64,000 nt of DNA from Sphingobacterium sp. (lineage in GTDB: Bacteria > Bacteroidota > Bacteroidia > Sphingobacteriales > Sphingobacteriaceae), in NCBI GenBank assembly GCA_036781025.1, contig DAIQBS010000005.1:30835-94834 (forward strand). Direction: 5' to 3'. The notes beneath the pieces were generated by a model that saw only the letters and a program-made list of their open reading frames with translations, did not search any database and was not told the DNA's origin. The translations under genes were made by a program, and so were the position numbers. Positions 38,748-49,097 of the stretch are shown here, one piece after another; position 1 is the first letter of the stretch; the number at the start of each line of letters is the position of its first letter.

Positions 38748-40979
38748 ATGTCAATAGCTGTAGATCAACAAAACGATATTTTTGCCCAGGGCGTCGCCTT
38801 TGTCAACCAGACGCAACAACCTATTTTTCTTACCGGAAAAGCGGGAACGGGTAAGACCACGTTTTTAAAATATATCCGAGACCATAGTTATAAGAAGATG
38901 GCAATTACTGCCCCCACTGGGGTGGCAGCTATGAACGCGGGAGGTACAACTTTACATGCGTTGTTTTGGTTGCCTTTTGGGGTGTTTATAGAGGACTATC
39001 CTTTGAAATGGGAAGATAAAGATCAATTTATATACAATAAACATCGTTTATTTAGTACGATTAAATTAACCAAGAACCGACGTGCTATACTTCAGGAATT
39101 GGAATTATTGGTCATAGATGAGGTTTCTATGGTTCGTGCGGATACTTTAGATGCTATAGATGTCATTTTAAAAAGTGTACGTAGGGATATGCGTCCATTT
39201 GGAGGAGTACAACTCTTGTTTATAGGAGACTTGTATCAATTACCTCCAGTGGTGCAAGATCGGGAATGGCAGGTCTTGAGGGATTATTATCAGAGCGCCT
39301 TTTTCTTCGATGCCAAAGTCTTTAAACAACAGCCGCCAGTTTTAATTGAATTGCAGAAAATTTACCGGCAACAGGATGAGTCTTTTATACGAATCTTAAA
39401 TAAAATCAGGAATAACAATACCAGCCAGGAAGATCTGGAAGAACTAAATGTTCATTTTCAACCTGATTTCGTGCCGGAAGAGGGGGAACAGTACATTACC
39501 TTGACTTCGCATAATCGTCTAGCTGATCAGATCAATCAAGAGAAATTGGATAGCCTGACGAGTTCCTTGCATCAGATTAAATCCATCATCAAAGATGATT
39601 TTCAGTCCAATAGTTTTCCTGCGGACGATACCTTGAGCTTGCGTGTAGGGGCGCAAGTTATGTTCATAAAAAATGATGTTGGAGAGGAAAGACGTTATTT
39701 TAATGGTAAGATTGGGACAGTAAAGGAAATCAATTTAGATAAGCATCAGGTTATTGTCTCTTTTCCGAATGAGGAAGAAGACGTGACCGTTAAAAGAGAA
39801 ACCTGGGAAAATATTCGATATTCCTATAATAAAGGAGATGATAAAATTGAGGAAGAAATTTTAGGGACTTTTTCCCAATTTCCTTTACGCTTAGCATGGG
39901 CAATCACCATACATAAAAGTCAGGGTTTAACCTTTGATAAAGCTATAATTGATGCGGGAACATCCTTTGCTGCGGGTCAGGTTTATGTGGCATTATCTCG
40001 ATTAACTGGTTTGAAAGGTTTGGTGCTTCGTTCGAAAATACCTAGTTATGCCATTCGAACTGATTTTCAGGTAGTCAATTTCATGCAGCAAATGGAGGCA
40101 ATGGGAGATTTGACACCTATTTTGCAAGAAAGCCAACGTCGGTATTTAGGACAGATCTTATTGCAAAGTTTCAAGTGGTCCAATATGACGGAGGAATTGG
40201 AAACATTGATTAAAGAACAGGAGGGTAAGAAGATTGAAGGTAAAGAAGAGGCATTAGCTGTGTTGAATGCTATTTTTTCGCAGTTGAAAAACCAAGAACA
40301 AGTGGCAAATAAATTCATTACGCAACTTTACCAATTGCTATCTGTTAAGGTTGATACCGATTACGATAAAATTTGTGAACGTTCGAAAGCTGCGGTCAAT
40401 TGGTTTATTCCAAATTTTGAAAAAGAATGTTTAAATCCGCTTCAGGCACATATTGAAGTTTGGAAAGTTAAAAAAAGAACAAAAAAATATATAGAAACTT
40501 TGCGAAGTATATTGTTAGATTTTAAACGAAAATTTGAACAATTGAAGCATAGTTTAACGATTTCTGAGGCATTAACCAAGTCTAGTGATACGTTAAGTGA
40601 GGAATTACTTAAGTGGAATAAACCCAAGGATGATTTGGCAAAATCCACTGATGAAGAAAAGGAAAAGGACACGAAGCAAATAACCTTAGAAATGTACCTG
40701 GATGGGCTTGATATCGCTGAAATAGCAGAAAAAAGATCCATGGTTGAAGGTACCATATATGGGCATTTAATCCCATTTATAGGGGTGGATTTGGAAGCTA
40801 AGGATTTAGTTTCTGAGGAACTTTTAAATGAAATTGTATCTCATTTGGAAGAACATCCCGAAGCCTCCGCTACGGAGATTAAAAACCTGATGGGTTCCCG
40901 AGTAGATTATCCTGCAATCAGAATTGCCCAAAAACATTTGGAATTAAGGAAGGTGCAGGATGCCAATACCTCGTATTAA
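38748..40979 (+). CDS. PIF1/RecD-like SF1B helicase with C-terminal HTH
   Basis: TGKAGTGKT, IDEVSMV, GDLYQLPPV, QFPLRLAWAITIHKSQG and GQVYVALSR; C-terminal TL.MY..G..IAEIA..R HTH. Confidence 0.92.
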   Translation: MSIAVDQQNDIFAQGVAFVNQTQQPIFLTGKAGTGKTTFLKYIRDHSYKKMAITAPTGVAAMNAGGTTLHALFWLPFGVFIEDYPLKWEDKDQFIYNKHRLFSTIKLTKNRRAILQELELLVIDEVSMVRADTLDAIDVILKSVRRDMRPFGGVQLLFIGDLYQLPPVVQDREWQVLRDYYQSAFFFDAKVFKQQPPVLIELQKIYRQQDESFIRILNKIRNNNTSQEDLEELNVHFQPDFVPEEGEQYITLTSHNRLADQINQEKLDSLTSSLHQIKSIIKDDFQSNSFPADDTLSLRVGAQVMFIKNDVGEERRYFNGKIGTVKEINLDKHQVIVSFPNEEEDVTVKRETWENIRYSYNKGDDKIEEEILGTFSQFPLRLAWAITIHKSQGLTFDKAIIDAGTSFAAGQVYVALSRLTGLKGLVLRSKIPSYAIRTDFQVVNFMQQMEAMGDLTPILQESQRRYLGQILLQSFKWSNMTEELETLIKEQEGKKIEGKEEALAVLNAIFSQLKNQEQVANKFITQLYQLLSVKVDTDYDKICERSKAAVNWFIPNFEKECLNPLQAHIEVWKVKKRTKKYIETLRSILLDFKRKFEQLKHSLTISEALTKSSDTLSEELLKWNKPKDDLAKSTDEEKEKDTKQITLEMYLDGLDIAEIAEKRSMVEGTIYGHLIPFIGVDLEAKDLVSEELLNEIVSHLEEHPEASATEIKNLMGSRVDYPAIRIAQKHLELRKVQDANTSY

Positions 40980-41015
40980 TCCTTATATTTGCGAGTAATT
41001 GATTTGTAAATATTT

Positions 41016-41243
41016 TTGAGGGATACTAAATCAAATAAAAAAGCGAATAAATGGATGGTTTTTGTTTCCATGCCTTTTCAGATGGGAATAACCATCTATG
41101 CATTTTATTGGCTTGGAACTTGGTTGGATACCCGATATGCGGTGACAGGAGCGTGGTGGATGAAGGGAATGACCCTGTTAGGCGTATTTGTTTCCATATA
41201 TCAATTCATAAAACAAGTAAATTATATCAATAAGCATGAATAA
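41016..41243 (+). CDS. AtpZ/AtpI family protein
   Basis: FQMGITI..GTWLD two-TM pattern at the head of the atp operon; TATATTTG promoter near 40984. Confidence 0.8.
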   Translation: MRDTKSNKKANKWMVFVSMPFQMGITIYAFYWLGTWLDTRYAVTGAWWMKGMTLLGVFVSIYQFIKQVNYINKHE

Positions 41244-41640
41244 ATACATTACGTTTTTTATAATTCTATTGATTGTGGCTATTGCAGGGTTTTCGGTACA
41301 TTATTTACTGTTATCTGCTTTTGGTCAAGATCATTGGTGGATTGGCTCAGGATATAGTTTGCTAGGCGTGTATGCATTCAACTCCATCAGCTCATTGGTA
41401 ATGTTATTTGCATTGGGAGGAGCGATATTTTCTATGGAAAAGCAATTTGGCTTTGTATTCCTTGGAGGCGTATTGCTGAAAATGGTTGCTGCCTATATTT
41501 ATATTCAGGAAGGCTTAGGTCTTTTAGAGAATAATTTTTTAGAGTTAAATTTTTTAGGCGTGTTTTTTCTATTCCTACTTTATGATATTTATGTGGCCTT
41601 TAGACTGATAGATCAGCAGCATAATCCAAAAGGGAATTAA
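41236..41640 (+). CDS. AtpI-like membrane protein (DUF6168-like)
   Basis: Four TM helices, GFVFLGGVLLK; lies just before atpB. Confidence 0.65.
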   Translation: MNKYITFFIILLIVAIAGFSVHYLLLSAFGQDHWWIGSGYSLLGVYAFNSISSLVMLFALGGAIFSMEKQFGFVFLGGVLLKMVAAYIYIQEGLGLLENNFLELNFLGVFFLFLLYDIYVAFRLIDQQHNPKGN

Positions 41641-41728
41641 AATTTTAAAAAGTTTAAACAAAAGTGATTTAATGCCAAATAAAATTGTAATTTTGCGCAA
41701 AATTTGTTATAATTCAACATCTGTTAAA

Positions 41729-42817
41729 ATGGTGAGTCCTAGGAAAGTACTTTTATTATTGACGTTTTTAATGGTTTTATTTGCTCCAGCTCGATTATTT
41801 GCGGGGGAAGTAGTCGGTGAACAGGGAGCTGATTCTCAAAAGAATGAGATTAAAGAATATACCCAACACCACTTACAAGATGACCATTATTTTTCATTAG
41901 CTTTAGACAAGAAAGCTGGAAAACATTATGGATTTCCTTTGCCTGTCATTTTAATTGATAATGGATTGCATGTATTTTCATCAGCTGAATTTCACCATGG
42001 TGAAACAGTGGTAGAGAAAAATGGAAATTACTATAAACTTTACCATGGCAAAATCTATAAAACAGATGCTGCAGGTACATTAACATATGATGAGCATCAT
42101 CACCCTACGAATGCAAAACCATTAGATTTTTCAATTACTAAGAATGTTGTCGGATTATTATTGGCTGCACTATTGTTGTTTATAGGGTTTATCAGCTTAG
42201 CAAAAACATACAAAAATGGCGCTAATGCCATACCAAAAGGAATAGGTCGTGTTTTAGAGCCATTAGTACTTTATGTACGTGATGAAATGGCTGTTCCAAA
42301 TATTGGTCATCGTTATAAAGAATTCATGCCTTATTTATTGTCAGTTTTCTTTTTAATTTTCCTTTTAAACTTATTAGGTTTAACCCCACTAGGATTTAAC
42401 GTTACTGGTAATATTTCTGTAACCTTATGTTTAGCGGTATTTACCTTCTTAATTACAAACTTTAAAGCAAATAAAGATTATTGGAAGCATATATTTTGGA
42501 TGCCTGGGGTACCAGTTCCATTCAAATTTATCTTAGCGCCAATTGAAGTGTTAGGTATGTTTACAAAACCTTTTTCATTAATGCTTCGTTTATTTGCGAA
42601 CATTACTGCAGGTCACTCTGTGGTGATGGGATTAATTGCCATTGTCTATTTATTTCAAAATCAATTGACAGTTGGCGGAAGTATTGGAGTTTCCATGTTC
42701 TTAACGTTGATATTATTCTTCTTAGAATTATTGGTTGCTTTTTTACAGGCATTTATTTTCACAATGTTGTCATCCTTATTTATAGGCATGGCTGTGGAAG
42801 AACATGCACATCATTAA
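41729..42817 (+). CDS. atpB: ATP synthase F0 subunit a
   Basis: KPFSLMLRLFANITAGH and LQAFIFTML; ATG at 41729 follows a TAATTTTG promoter. Confidence 0.96.
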   Translation: MVSPRKVLLLLTFLMVLFAPARLFAGEVVGEQGADSQKNEIKEYTQHHLQDDHYFSLALDKKAGKHYGFPLPVILIDNGLHVFSSAEFHHGETVVEKNGNYYKLYHGKIYKTDAAGTLTYDEHHHPTNAKPLDFSITKNVVGLLLAALLLFIGFISLAKTYKNGANAIPKGIGRVLEPLVLYVRDEMAVPNIGHRYKEFMPYLLSVFFLIFLLNLLGLTPLGFNVTGNISVTLCLAVFTFLITNFKANKDYWKHIFWMPGVPVPFKFILAPIEVLGMFTKPFSLMLRLFANITAGHSVVMGLIAIVYLFQNQLTVGGSIGVSMFLTLILFFLELLVAFLQAFIFTMLSSLFIGMAVEEHAHH

Positions 42818-42848
42818 TTAGAATTTTTTGTTAAATATTAAACTATAA

Positions 42849-43046
<198 letters not shown>

Positions 43047-43069
43047 TTCTAGATGAATTAAAAAAACTT

Positions 43070-43104
43070 AACATAACTTGTAACGGTTGGTTGCAAGTTA
43101 TGTT
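43070..43104 (+). other. Strong intra-operon RNA hairpin between atpE and atpF
   Basis: aacataacttgtaac-ggttg-gttgcaagttatgtt, a 15-bp stem with one G-U pair. Confidence 0.75.
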
Positions 43105-43154
43105 TTGACAAAAAATTAAATTAAATCATTCGTAATCTATTATTAAAGACATAA

Positions 43155-43655
43155 ATGGACGCATTAATTAATCAGTTTTCCTTAGGCTTAGTTTTTTGGC
43201 AAGCTATTATTTTATTAGTTGTTATTTTCATTCTTGGAAAATTTGCTTGGAGACCTATCGTAGATGCCTTAGAAGAGCGTGAGAAAGGTATTTCAGATGC
43301 ATTAGCTTCTGCAGAGAAAGCGAAGTTAGAAATGGCACGTTTAACGAATGAAAATGAGCAATTATTAAAAGAAGCTCGTGAAGAACGCGATTTAATTTTA
43401 AAAGAAGCAAAGGACTTAAAAGATAAAATTGTTGCTGAAGCAAAAGCAAATGCGCAAACAGAAGGTAGCAAAATTATTGAGCAAGCAAAACGTGAGATTG
43501 AAGATCAAAAGTTAAAAGCTTTAGCAGAGGTTAAAAACCAAGTTTCTGCTTTGTCTTTGGATATTGCTCGTAAAGTATTGACAAAAGAATTTGAAGACCA
43601 AAATAAACAAGAGGCATTAGTTGCAGACTTGTTGAAAGATGTTAAATTAAACTAA
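43155..43655 (+). CDS. atpF: ATP synthase F0 subunit b
   Basis: N-terminal TM, KFAWRPI..LEERE, long coiled coil. Confidence 0.95.
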   Translation: MDALINQFSLGLVFWQAIILLVVIFILGKFAWRPIVDALEEREKGISDALASAEKAKLEMARLTNENEQLLKEAREERDLILKEAKDLKDKIVAEAKANAQTEGSKIIEQAKREIEDQKLKALAEVKNQVSALSLDIARKVLTKEFEDQNKQEALVADLLKDVKLN

Positions 43656-43680
43656 TTGGTTAACAAGAAAAAAAGAACGT

Positions 43681-44226
43681 ATGTCAATTTTTAAAGTAGC
43701 TTCTAGATATGCAAAATCATTAATTGATTTGGCAACTGAACACCACAACTTAGATGATGTGAAAGCAGATATCGATGGAGTAGTATCAGTGATTAAATCT
43801 AATACGGAACTTCAAGCTGTATTGAACAATCCGGTTATAAAAACGGATCGTAAATTGGCGATTTTGGAGGCTTTATTTCAACAAAAAGTAAAACCAGAGA
43901 TATTAGCTTTTTTTAATATAATGGTGAGAAAAGGTCGTGCAGAATTAATTTATGCAACAGCTCAAGAATTTGTACGCGAGTATAATGAAGTGAAAGGTAT
44001 AGTAAAAGCGGAAGTTGTTTCTGCGGCTGCATTATCGGAGCAAAATTTACAGGCCTTGACTGCACAAATAGCCAAAGAAATAAATGCAGAGGTCATCCTT
44101 AGTAATAAGGTAAATCCTGCTTTAATTGGAGGCTTTGTGATCAATGTTGGAGATAAGCAATTAGATGCGAGTATCCAAGGAAAATTGAATAAATTAGAAA
44201 GACATTTCCAGACTTTAGGTGTTTAA
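43681..44226 (+). CDS. atpH: ATP synthase F1 subunit delta
   Basis: ASRYAKSL and LIGGFVINVGD..LDAS. Confidence 0.95.
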   Translation: MSIFKVASRYAKSLIDLATEHHNLDDVKADIDGVVSVIKSNTELQAVLNNPVIKTDRKLAILEALFQQKVKPEILAFFNIMVRKGRAELIYATAQEFVREYNEVKGIVKAEVVSAAALSEQNLQALTAQIAKEINAEVILSNKVNPALIGGFVINVGDKQLDASIQGKLNKLERHFQTLGV

Positions 44227-44285
44227 TCTGAAGATAGGTAAATAGATAAAAAATAGAATAAAAAACCCCTTATACGAATTTAACA

Positions 44286-45860
44286 ATGATAGAGGTAAGA
44301 CCAGATGAAGTTTCTGCAATTCTAAGAGAGCAATTGTCAGGCTTTAAGTCAGCGGCCGAATTAGAAGAAGTGGGTACTGTACTACAAGTAGGTGACGGTA
44401 TTGCACGTATTTACGGCTTAACAAAAGTTCAATCAGGAGAGTTGGTTGAGTTTGCAAACGGATTACAAGGTATTGTATTAAACTTAGAAGAAGACAACGT
44501 GGGTGTTGTACTTTTAGGCCCGTCAGACGAAATCAAAGAAGGTGATACCATCAGACGTACTAACCGTATTGCATCTATTAAGGTAGGTGAAGGTATGTTA
44601 GGCCGTGTGGTAAACACATTAGGACAACCAATTGATGGTAAAGGTCCTATTGTTGGAGAGACTTTCGAAATGCCTATTGAGCGTAAAGCACCTGGAGTTA
44701 TCTATCGTCAACCAGTAACTGAACCATTACAAACAGGTATCAAGTCTATTGATGCGATGATTCCTGTAGGTCGTGGACAACGTGAGTTGGTTATTGGAGA
44801 CCGTCAAACGGGTAAAACAGCGGTATGTATCGATACCATTTTAAATCAAAAAGAATTTTACGATGCTGGTGAGCCAGTATTTTGTATCTATGTTGCTGTA
44901 GGTCAAAAGAACTCAACAGTAGCGAATATTGTTCGTGTATTAGAAGAAAAAGGAGCAATGCCTTACACGGTTATTGTTTCAGCTTCTGCTGCTGAACCAG
45001 CGCCAATGCAATTCTACGCACCTATGGCTGGAGCTGCAATCGGTGAGTACTTCCGTGATACAGGTCGTCCTGCATTAATTGTTTATGATGATTTATCTAA
45101 ACAAGCGGTTGCTTATCGTGAGGTGTCTTTATTGTTAAAACGTCCTCCAGGCCGTGAAGCTTATCCAGGAGACGTATTTTATCTTCACTCTCGTTTATTA
45201 GAGCGTGCTGCTAAAATTAACTCTTCTGATGAGATCGCACGTAACATGAATGACCTTCCTGAGTCTATCAAACATAAGGTAAAAGGTGGTGGTTCATTAA
45301 CAGCACTTCCTATTATTGAGACTCAAGCTGGTGACGTATCTGCTTATATCCCTACCAACGTAATTTCCATTACAGATGGTCAGATCTTCTTAGAATCGAA
45401 TTTATTTAACGCAGGTATTCGTCCAGCAATCAACGTAGGTATTTCCGTATCACGTGTGGGTGGTAATGCGCAAATTAAGTCGATGAAAAAGGTAGCGGGT
45501 ACATTGAAATTGGATCAAGCTCAATACCGTGAATTAGAGGCATTCGCTAAATTTGGTTCAGATTTAGATGCAGCGACTAAAGCGGTATTAGACAAAGGTA
45601 TTCGTAACGTTCAAATTCTTAAACAAGGTCAATATTCTCCAGTTTCGGTTGAAAAACAAGTTGCTATTGTTTATGCAGGTACTAAAGGTTTATTACGTAA
45701 TGTTCCTGTTGATAAAGTAAGACAATTCGAAGAAGAATATTTGAATCAATTAGAACAACGTCATCCAGAAGTATTATCAGCTCTTAAAGCGGGTAAATTC
45801 AGTGATGAGTTGACTGATGTGTTAGAAAAAGTTGCTAAAGAATTAGCGTCAAAATATTAA
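44286..45860 (+). CDS. atpA: ATP synthase F1 subunit alpha
   Basis: GDRQTGKT and [22 protein letters not shown]. Confidence 0.98.
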   Translation: MIEVRPDEVSAILREQLSGFKSAAELEEVGTVLQVGDGIARIYGLTKVQSGELVEFANGLQGIVLNLEEDNVGVVLLGPSDEIKEGDTIRRTNRIASIKVGEGMLGRVVNTLGQPIDGKGPIVGETFEMPIERKAPGVIYRQPVTEPLQTGIKSIDAMIPVGRGQRELVIGDRQTGKTAVCIDTILNQKEFYDAGEPVFCIYVAVGQKNSTVANIVRVLEEKGAMPYTVIVSASAAEPAPMQFYAPMAGAAIGEYFRDTGRPALIVYDDLSKQAVAYREVSLLLKRPPGREAYPGDVFYLHSRLLERAAKINSSDEIARNMNDLPESIKHKVKGGGSLTALPIIETQAGDVSAYIPTNVISITDGQIFLESNLFNAGIRPAINVGISVSRVGGNAQIKSMKKVAGTLKLDQAQYRELEAFAKFGSDLDAATKAVLDKGIRNVQILKQGQYSPVSVEKQVAIVYAGTKGLLRNVPVDKVRQFEEEYLNQLEQRHPEVLSALKAGKFSDELTDVLEKVAKELASKY

Positions 45861-45920
45861 TTAGATATTAGGTATTAGACAATAGCAATTAAGGTTTATT
45901 GTCTAATATCTTTGTTCTAG
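45861..45920. repeat. Short heptamer-built palindrome between atpA and atpG, related to the 14.5-kb element
   Basis: ttagata ttaggta ttagaca atag; stem 45871-45884 / 45897-45910; shares ttagacaatag with 14498-14508. Confidence 0.7.
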
Positions 45921-45929
45921 AGAAATCAT

Positions 45930-46808
45930 ATGGCAAACTTAAAAGAAGTTAGAAATCGGATTACCTCCGTATCCTCTACGCAACAGATTACCAAAGCAAT
46001 GAAAATGGTTTCTGCTGCGAAATTGAAGCGTGCTACCAATGCCATCATTCAATTGCGTCCTTATGCGACTAAATTGAGGGAGATATTGGCTCAGGTTTCA
46101 GCATCTGTAGAGGGAAATAATTCACCTTTTACTCAAGATCGTGTACCTACGAAGGTATTGATTATTGTAGTGACTTCGAATAGAGGTTTGGCGGGTGCAT
46201 TTAATGCTAATGCGATTAAGGCTACCAATAATTTAATCGCTAATAAATATGCAGATCAATTTGCTCGTGGTGATGTAAGTTTAATCGCCATTGGTAAGAG
46301 AGGCCATGATTTCTTCAGTAAACGTAACTTCCAAGTGATTGGTAACCATAATGAACTTTTCAACAATTTAAGTTTTGAGAATGTTTCTAGTGTTACTGAA
46401 TATGTGATGGATCAGTTTAAAGAAGGAAACATTGACCGCGTTGAAGTAGTATATAATCAATTTAGAAATGCCGCTGTTCAAGTGTTGACTACTGAGCAAA
46501 TATTACCTCTTTTGCCAGAAGAAAAACAAGAAGATGTTGCTGAATTGGATTATATCATAGAACCTTCAAAGGAAAAGATTATTGAAGAATTAATTCCAAA
46601 AGCTATTAAAATACAATTGTTTAAAGCTGTATTGGATTCCAATGCTTCAGAGCATGGAGCCCGTATGACTGCGATGGACAAAGCCACAGAAAATGCTGGT
46701 GATCTATTGAAGCAATTGAAATTGTCGTATAACCAAGCTCGTCAAGCTGCCATTACAACTGAATTAACAGAAATTGTATCTGGAGCTGCTGCTTTGTCAA
46801 ACGGCTAA
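45930..46808 (+). CDS. atpG: ATP synthase F1 subunit gamma
   Basis: QITKAMKMVSAAK, SEHGARMTAM and RQAAITTELTEIVSGA. Confidence 0.98.
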   Translation: MANLKEVRNRITSVSSTQQITKAMKMVSAAKLKRATNAIIQLRPYATKLREILAQVSASVEGNNSPFTQDRVPTKVLIIVVTSNRGLAGAFNANAIKATNNLIANKYADQFARGDVSLIAIGKRGHDFFSKRNFQVIGNHNELFNNLSFENVSSVTEYVMDQFKEGNIDRVEVVYNQFRNAAVQVLTTEQILPLLPEEKQEDVAELDYIIEPSKEKIIEELIPKAIKIQLFKAVLDSNASEHGARMTAMDKATENAGDLLKQLKLSYNQARQAAITTELTEIVSGAAALSNG

Positions 46809-46830
46809 TAAATTTAAAAAAACGTATAAG

Positions 46831-46861
46831 GAAGAGCTGCCAGCATTGGTAGCTCTTTTTT
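46831..46861 (+). terminator. Intrinsic terminator of the atp operon
   Basis: gaagagctgcca / tggtagctcttt stem followed by a T run. Confidence 0.8.
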
Positions 46862-47262
46862 CATTTTATACTCTTTCTCTTCTGATCGGGTAGACTCTTT
46901 CTTTCTGCTATTCGATATTTTAGATTTATAAGTTTAGGTTTTCTTTGGGTTAATTTGTTGTGTATGGAAATATTCAGCAAGAAGGTTTATTTGTTATGTG
47001 TTGCATGATGCAGCTGGATTTAGAATTTTAGTCGGCTTATTCCTTTTTGTTGTAATTGATTGGTTTTTAGAGGTTAATTGTTTATTGAGATTTTCTTTTG
47101 TTTACTTAATTTTTGAACATTATCCTTGGAATGTCAAAATTATAGCTTTTATGATTGTTGTTTGTTAACAATTTATTATTTTTGATTTAACTTTTGGTAA
47201 ATGTTACCATAGCAAATAAGTTAAAATTAGCTATTTAAAAAGGGGTATAAAAAATTGAAGTC

Positions 47263-47940
47263 ATGGCAAAGAAGTTATATGTTTCAAATTCTACGGAATC
47301 TTCCAGGATGTTTAAAAATGATTTTTTAGAGTCGCTGACTAAAGTACATTGGTCTGTACCTTTAATATTTTGGGTTCCAGTCATTGGATTTTTTATATGG
47401 AGGGCATTGGAATTAGGAGGTTTATCTGTAGGAACAGTCGCTTTGTATGCTGTTTATGGTTTAGCTTTCTGGACTCTTGCTGAATATTTATTACATCGAT
47501 TTGTGTTTCATTATCACCCAACTTCAAAATTTGGACAACGTATTCATTTTATATTCCATGGTGTTCATCATGATTTTCCAAAGGATAGATTGAGATTGGT
47601 TATGCCCTTATCTGCGAGTATTCCGATGGCAAGCATCATTTATTTAATATTTAGTGTGTTTTTTAACACCTATACATTAGCGGGATTTTTTGCTGGATTT
47701 TTGGTTGGATATTTAATTTATGATGAATGCCATTATGCGATGCATCACGCAAATTTTAAATCAGGTTGGTTTAAGAAAATAAAGGATCATCACATGCTTC
47801 ATCATTATTCGGAACCGGAGAAAGGATTTGGGGTAAGTTCACCTTTTTGGGACAAAATATTTCAATCAGGTTATGGAAAGAAGAAAGTTGAAAAAAAAGA
47901 AAAGAATAAGAATTCGCAACAATTAAAACAATCAGTATAA
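47263..47940 (+). CDS. Fatty acid hydroxylase/sterol desaturase family protein (FA2H/Scs7-like)
   Basis: His boxes HRFVFH, HGVHH, HYAMHH and HHMLHH; RMFKNDFLESLTK, DRLRLVMP and FGVSSPFWD. Confidence 0.88.
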   Translation: MAKKLYVSNSTESSRMFKNDFLESLTKVHWSVPLIFWVPVIGFFIWRALELGGLSVGTVALYAVYGLAFWTLAEYLLHRFVFHYHPTSKFGQRIHFIFHGVHHDFPKDRLRLVMPLSASIPMASIIYLIFSVFFNTYTLAGFFAGFLVGYLIYDECHYAMHHANFKSGWFKKIKDHHMLHHYSEPEKGFGVSSPFWDKIFQSGYGKKKVEKKEKNKNSQQLKQSV

Positions 47941-47971
47941 AAAAAGTCTCCAAAATTTTTGGAGACTTTTT
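47941..47971. terminator. Bidirectional intrinsic terminator
   Basis: aaaaagtctccaaaa / ttttggagacttttt between convergent genes. Confidence 0.8.
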
Positions 47972-47983
47972 ATTTTTTAGGTT

Positions 47984-49030
47984 TTACCAGCGGATTAATG
48001 CCGAGCCCCAGGTGAATCCAGCACCAAATGCTGCTAAGCAAATGAGATCTCCATCCTTAATTTTTCCTTCTTCCCAAGCCTCGCATAAAGCGATAGGAAC
48101 GGAAGCTGCAGTAGTATTACCATACTTTTGTATGTTATTGAATACTTGGTCATCGCGTAATCCTAAAGTTTTTTGTACGAATTGAGATATTCTTAAATTT
48201 GCTTGATGAGGAACTAACAAGTTCATGTCTGCAGGCGTTAAGTTGTTTTTAGCAAGTGCCTCTACAATTACCTCTGGAAACTTGACCACTGCTTTTTTGA
48301 ATACCGCTTGGCCATCCATATAAGGGAAAGCAGATCCATCATCCAGCATTTCTTTCGTCATCAGCATTTGTCCTAGTTCGACGTCGGGCCATTTTGGAGG
48401 GTTCTCTAAATAGCAACCTGCCGAAGCTCCAGGGTAATACATGGCTAGCTTTTCAGCTTCAGAACCATCTGCATGTAAGTGTGTGCTTAAAATTCCTTTA
48501 CCTTCTTCTTGCGTAGGTTGTAATACTACTGCTCCAGCACCATCACCAAATATAACGGAAACCGCTCTTCCACGTGTAGAAAAATCTAGGGCAAAGGATT
48601 GTTTTTCAGATCCAACTACCAAAATGTTTTTGTACATGCCTGTTTTTATGAATTGGTCTGCAATGGATAGTGCATAAATAAATCCAGAACATTGGTTTCT
48701 GATGTCTAATGCACCAACTTCTTTCATGCCCATTTCACGTTGTAATAATACAGCACAGCCTGGGAAGTAATAGTCAGGAGAAAGGGTAGCAAATATGATA
48801 AAGTCAATTTCTTCAGCAGTTGTGTTAGCACGTTCCATAGCTACTTTAGATGCTTCGACTGCCATACTAGTCGTTGTTTCTCCTATACGGTCTGCATATC
48901 GACGTTCTTTGATACCTGTACGTTCCTGAATCCATTCATCATTGGTGTCCATGAAACGGGTCAGATCATTATTTGTATATATATTTTTGGGCACATAGTA
49001 GCCTATACCAGCAATTTTCGAATGTAACAT
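47984..49030 (-). CDS. fabH: 3-oxoacyl-ACP synthase III family protein
   Basis: Catalytic Cys (NQCSGF), PHQAN and GNTTAAS; FGDGAGA; ATG at 49030. Confidence 0.9.
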   Translation of the reverse strand: MLHSKIAGIGYYVPKNIYTNNDLTRFMDTNDEWIQERTGIKERRYADRIGETTTSMAVEASKVAMERANTTAEEIDFIIFATLSPDYYFPGCAVLLQREMGMKEVGALDIRNQCSGFIYALSIADQFIKTGMYKNILVVGSEKQSFALDFSTRGRAVSVIFGDGAGAVVLQPTQEEGKGILSTHLHADGSEAEKLAMYYPGASAGCYLENPPKWPDVELGQMLMTKEMLDDGSAFPYMDGQAVFKKAVVKFPEVIVEALAKNNLTPADMNLLVPHQANLRISQFVQKTLGLRDDQVFNNIQKYGNTTAASVPIALCEAWEEGKIKDGDLICLAAFGAGFTWGSALIRW

Positions 49031-49097
49031 AGGATAATTTAAATAATCTATTGAGCGAAAATACAGAATTTTTGAAAAATAAGTATATTTTTGCCCT

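Noticed and set aside
38748..40979. Helicase as a defence system or mobile element marker
   Set aside because: No nuclease or partner genes nearby; it sits in core context before the atp operon.
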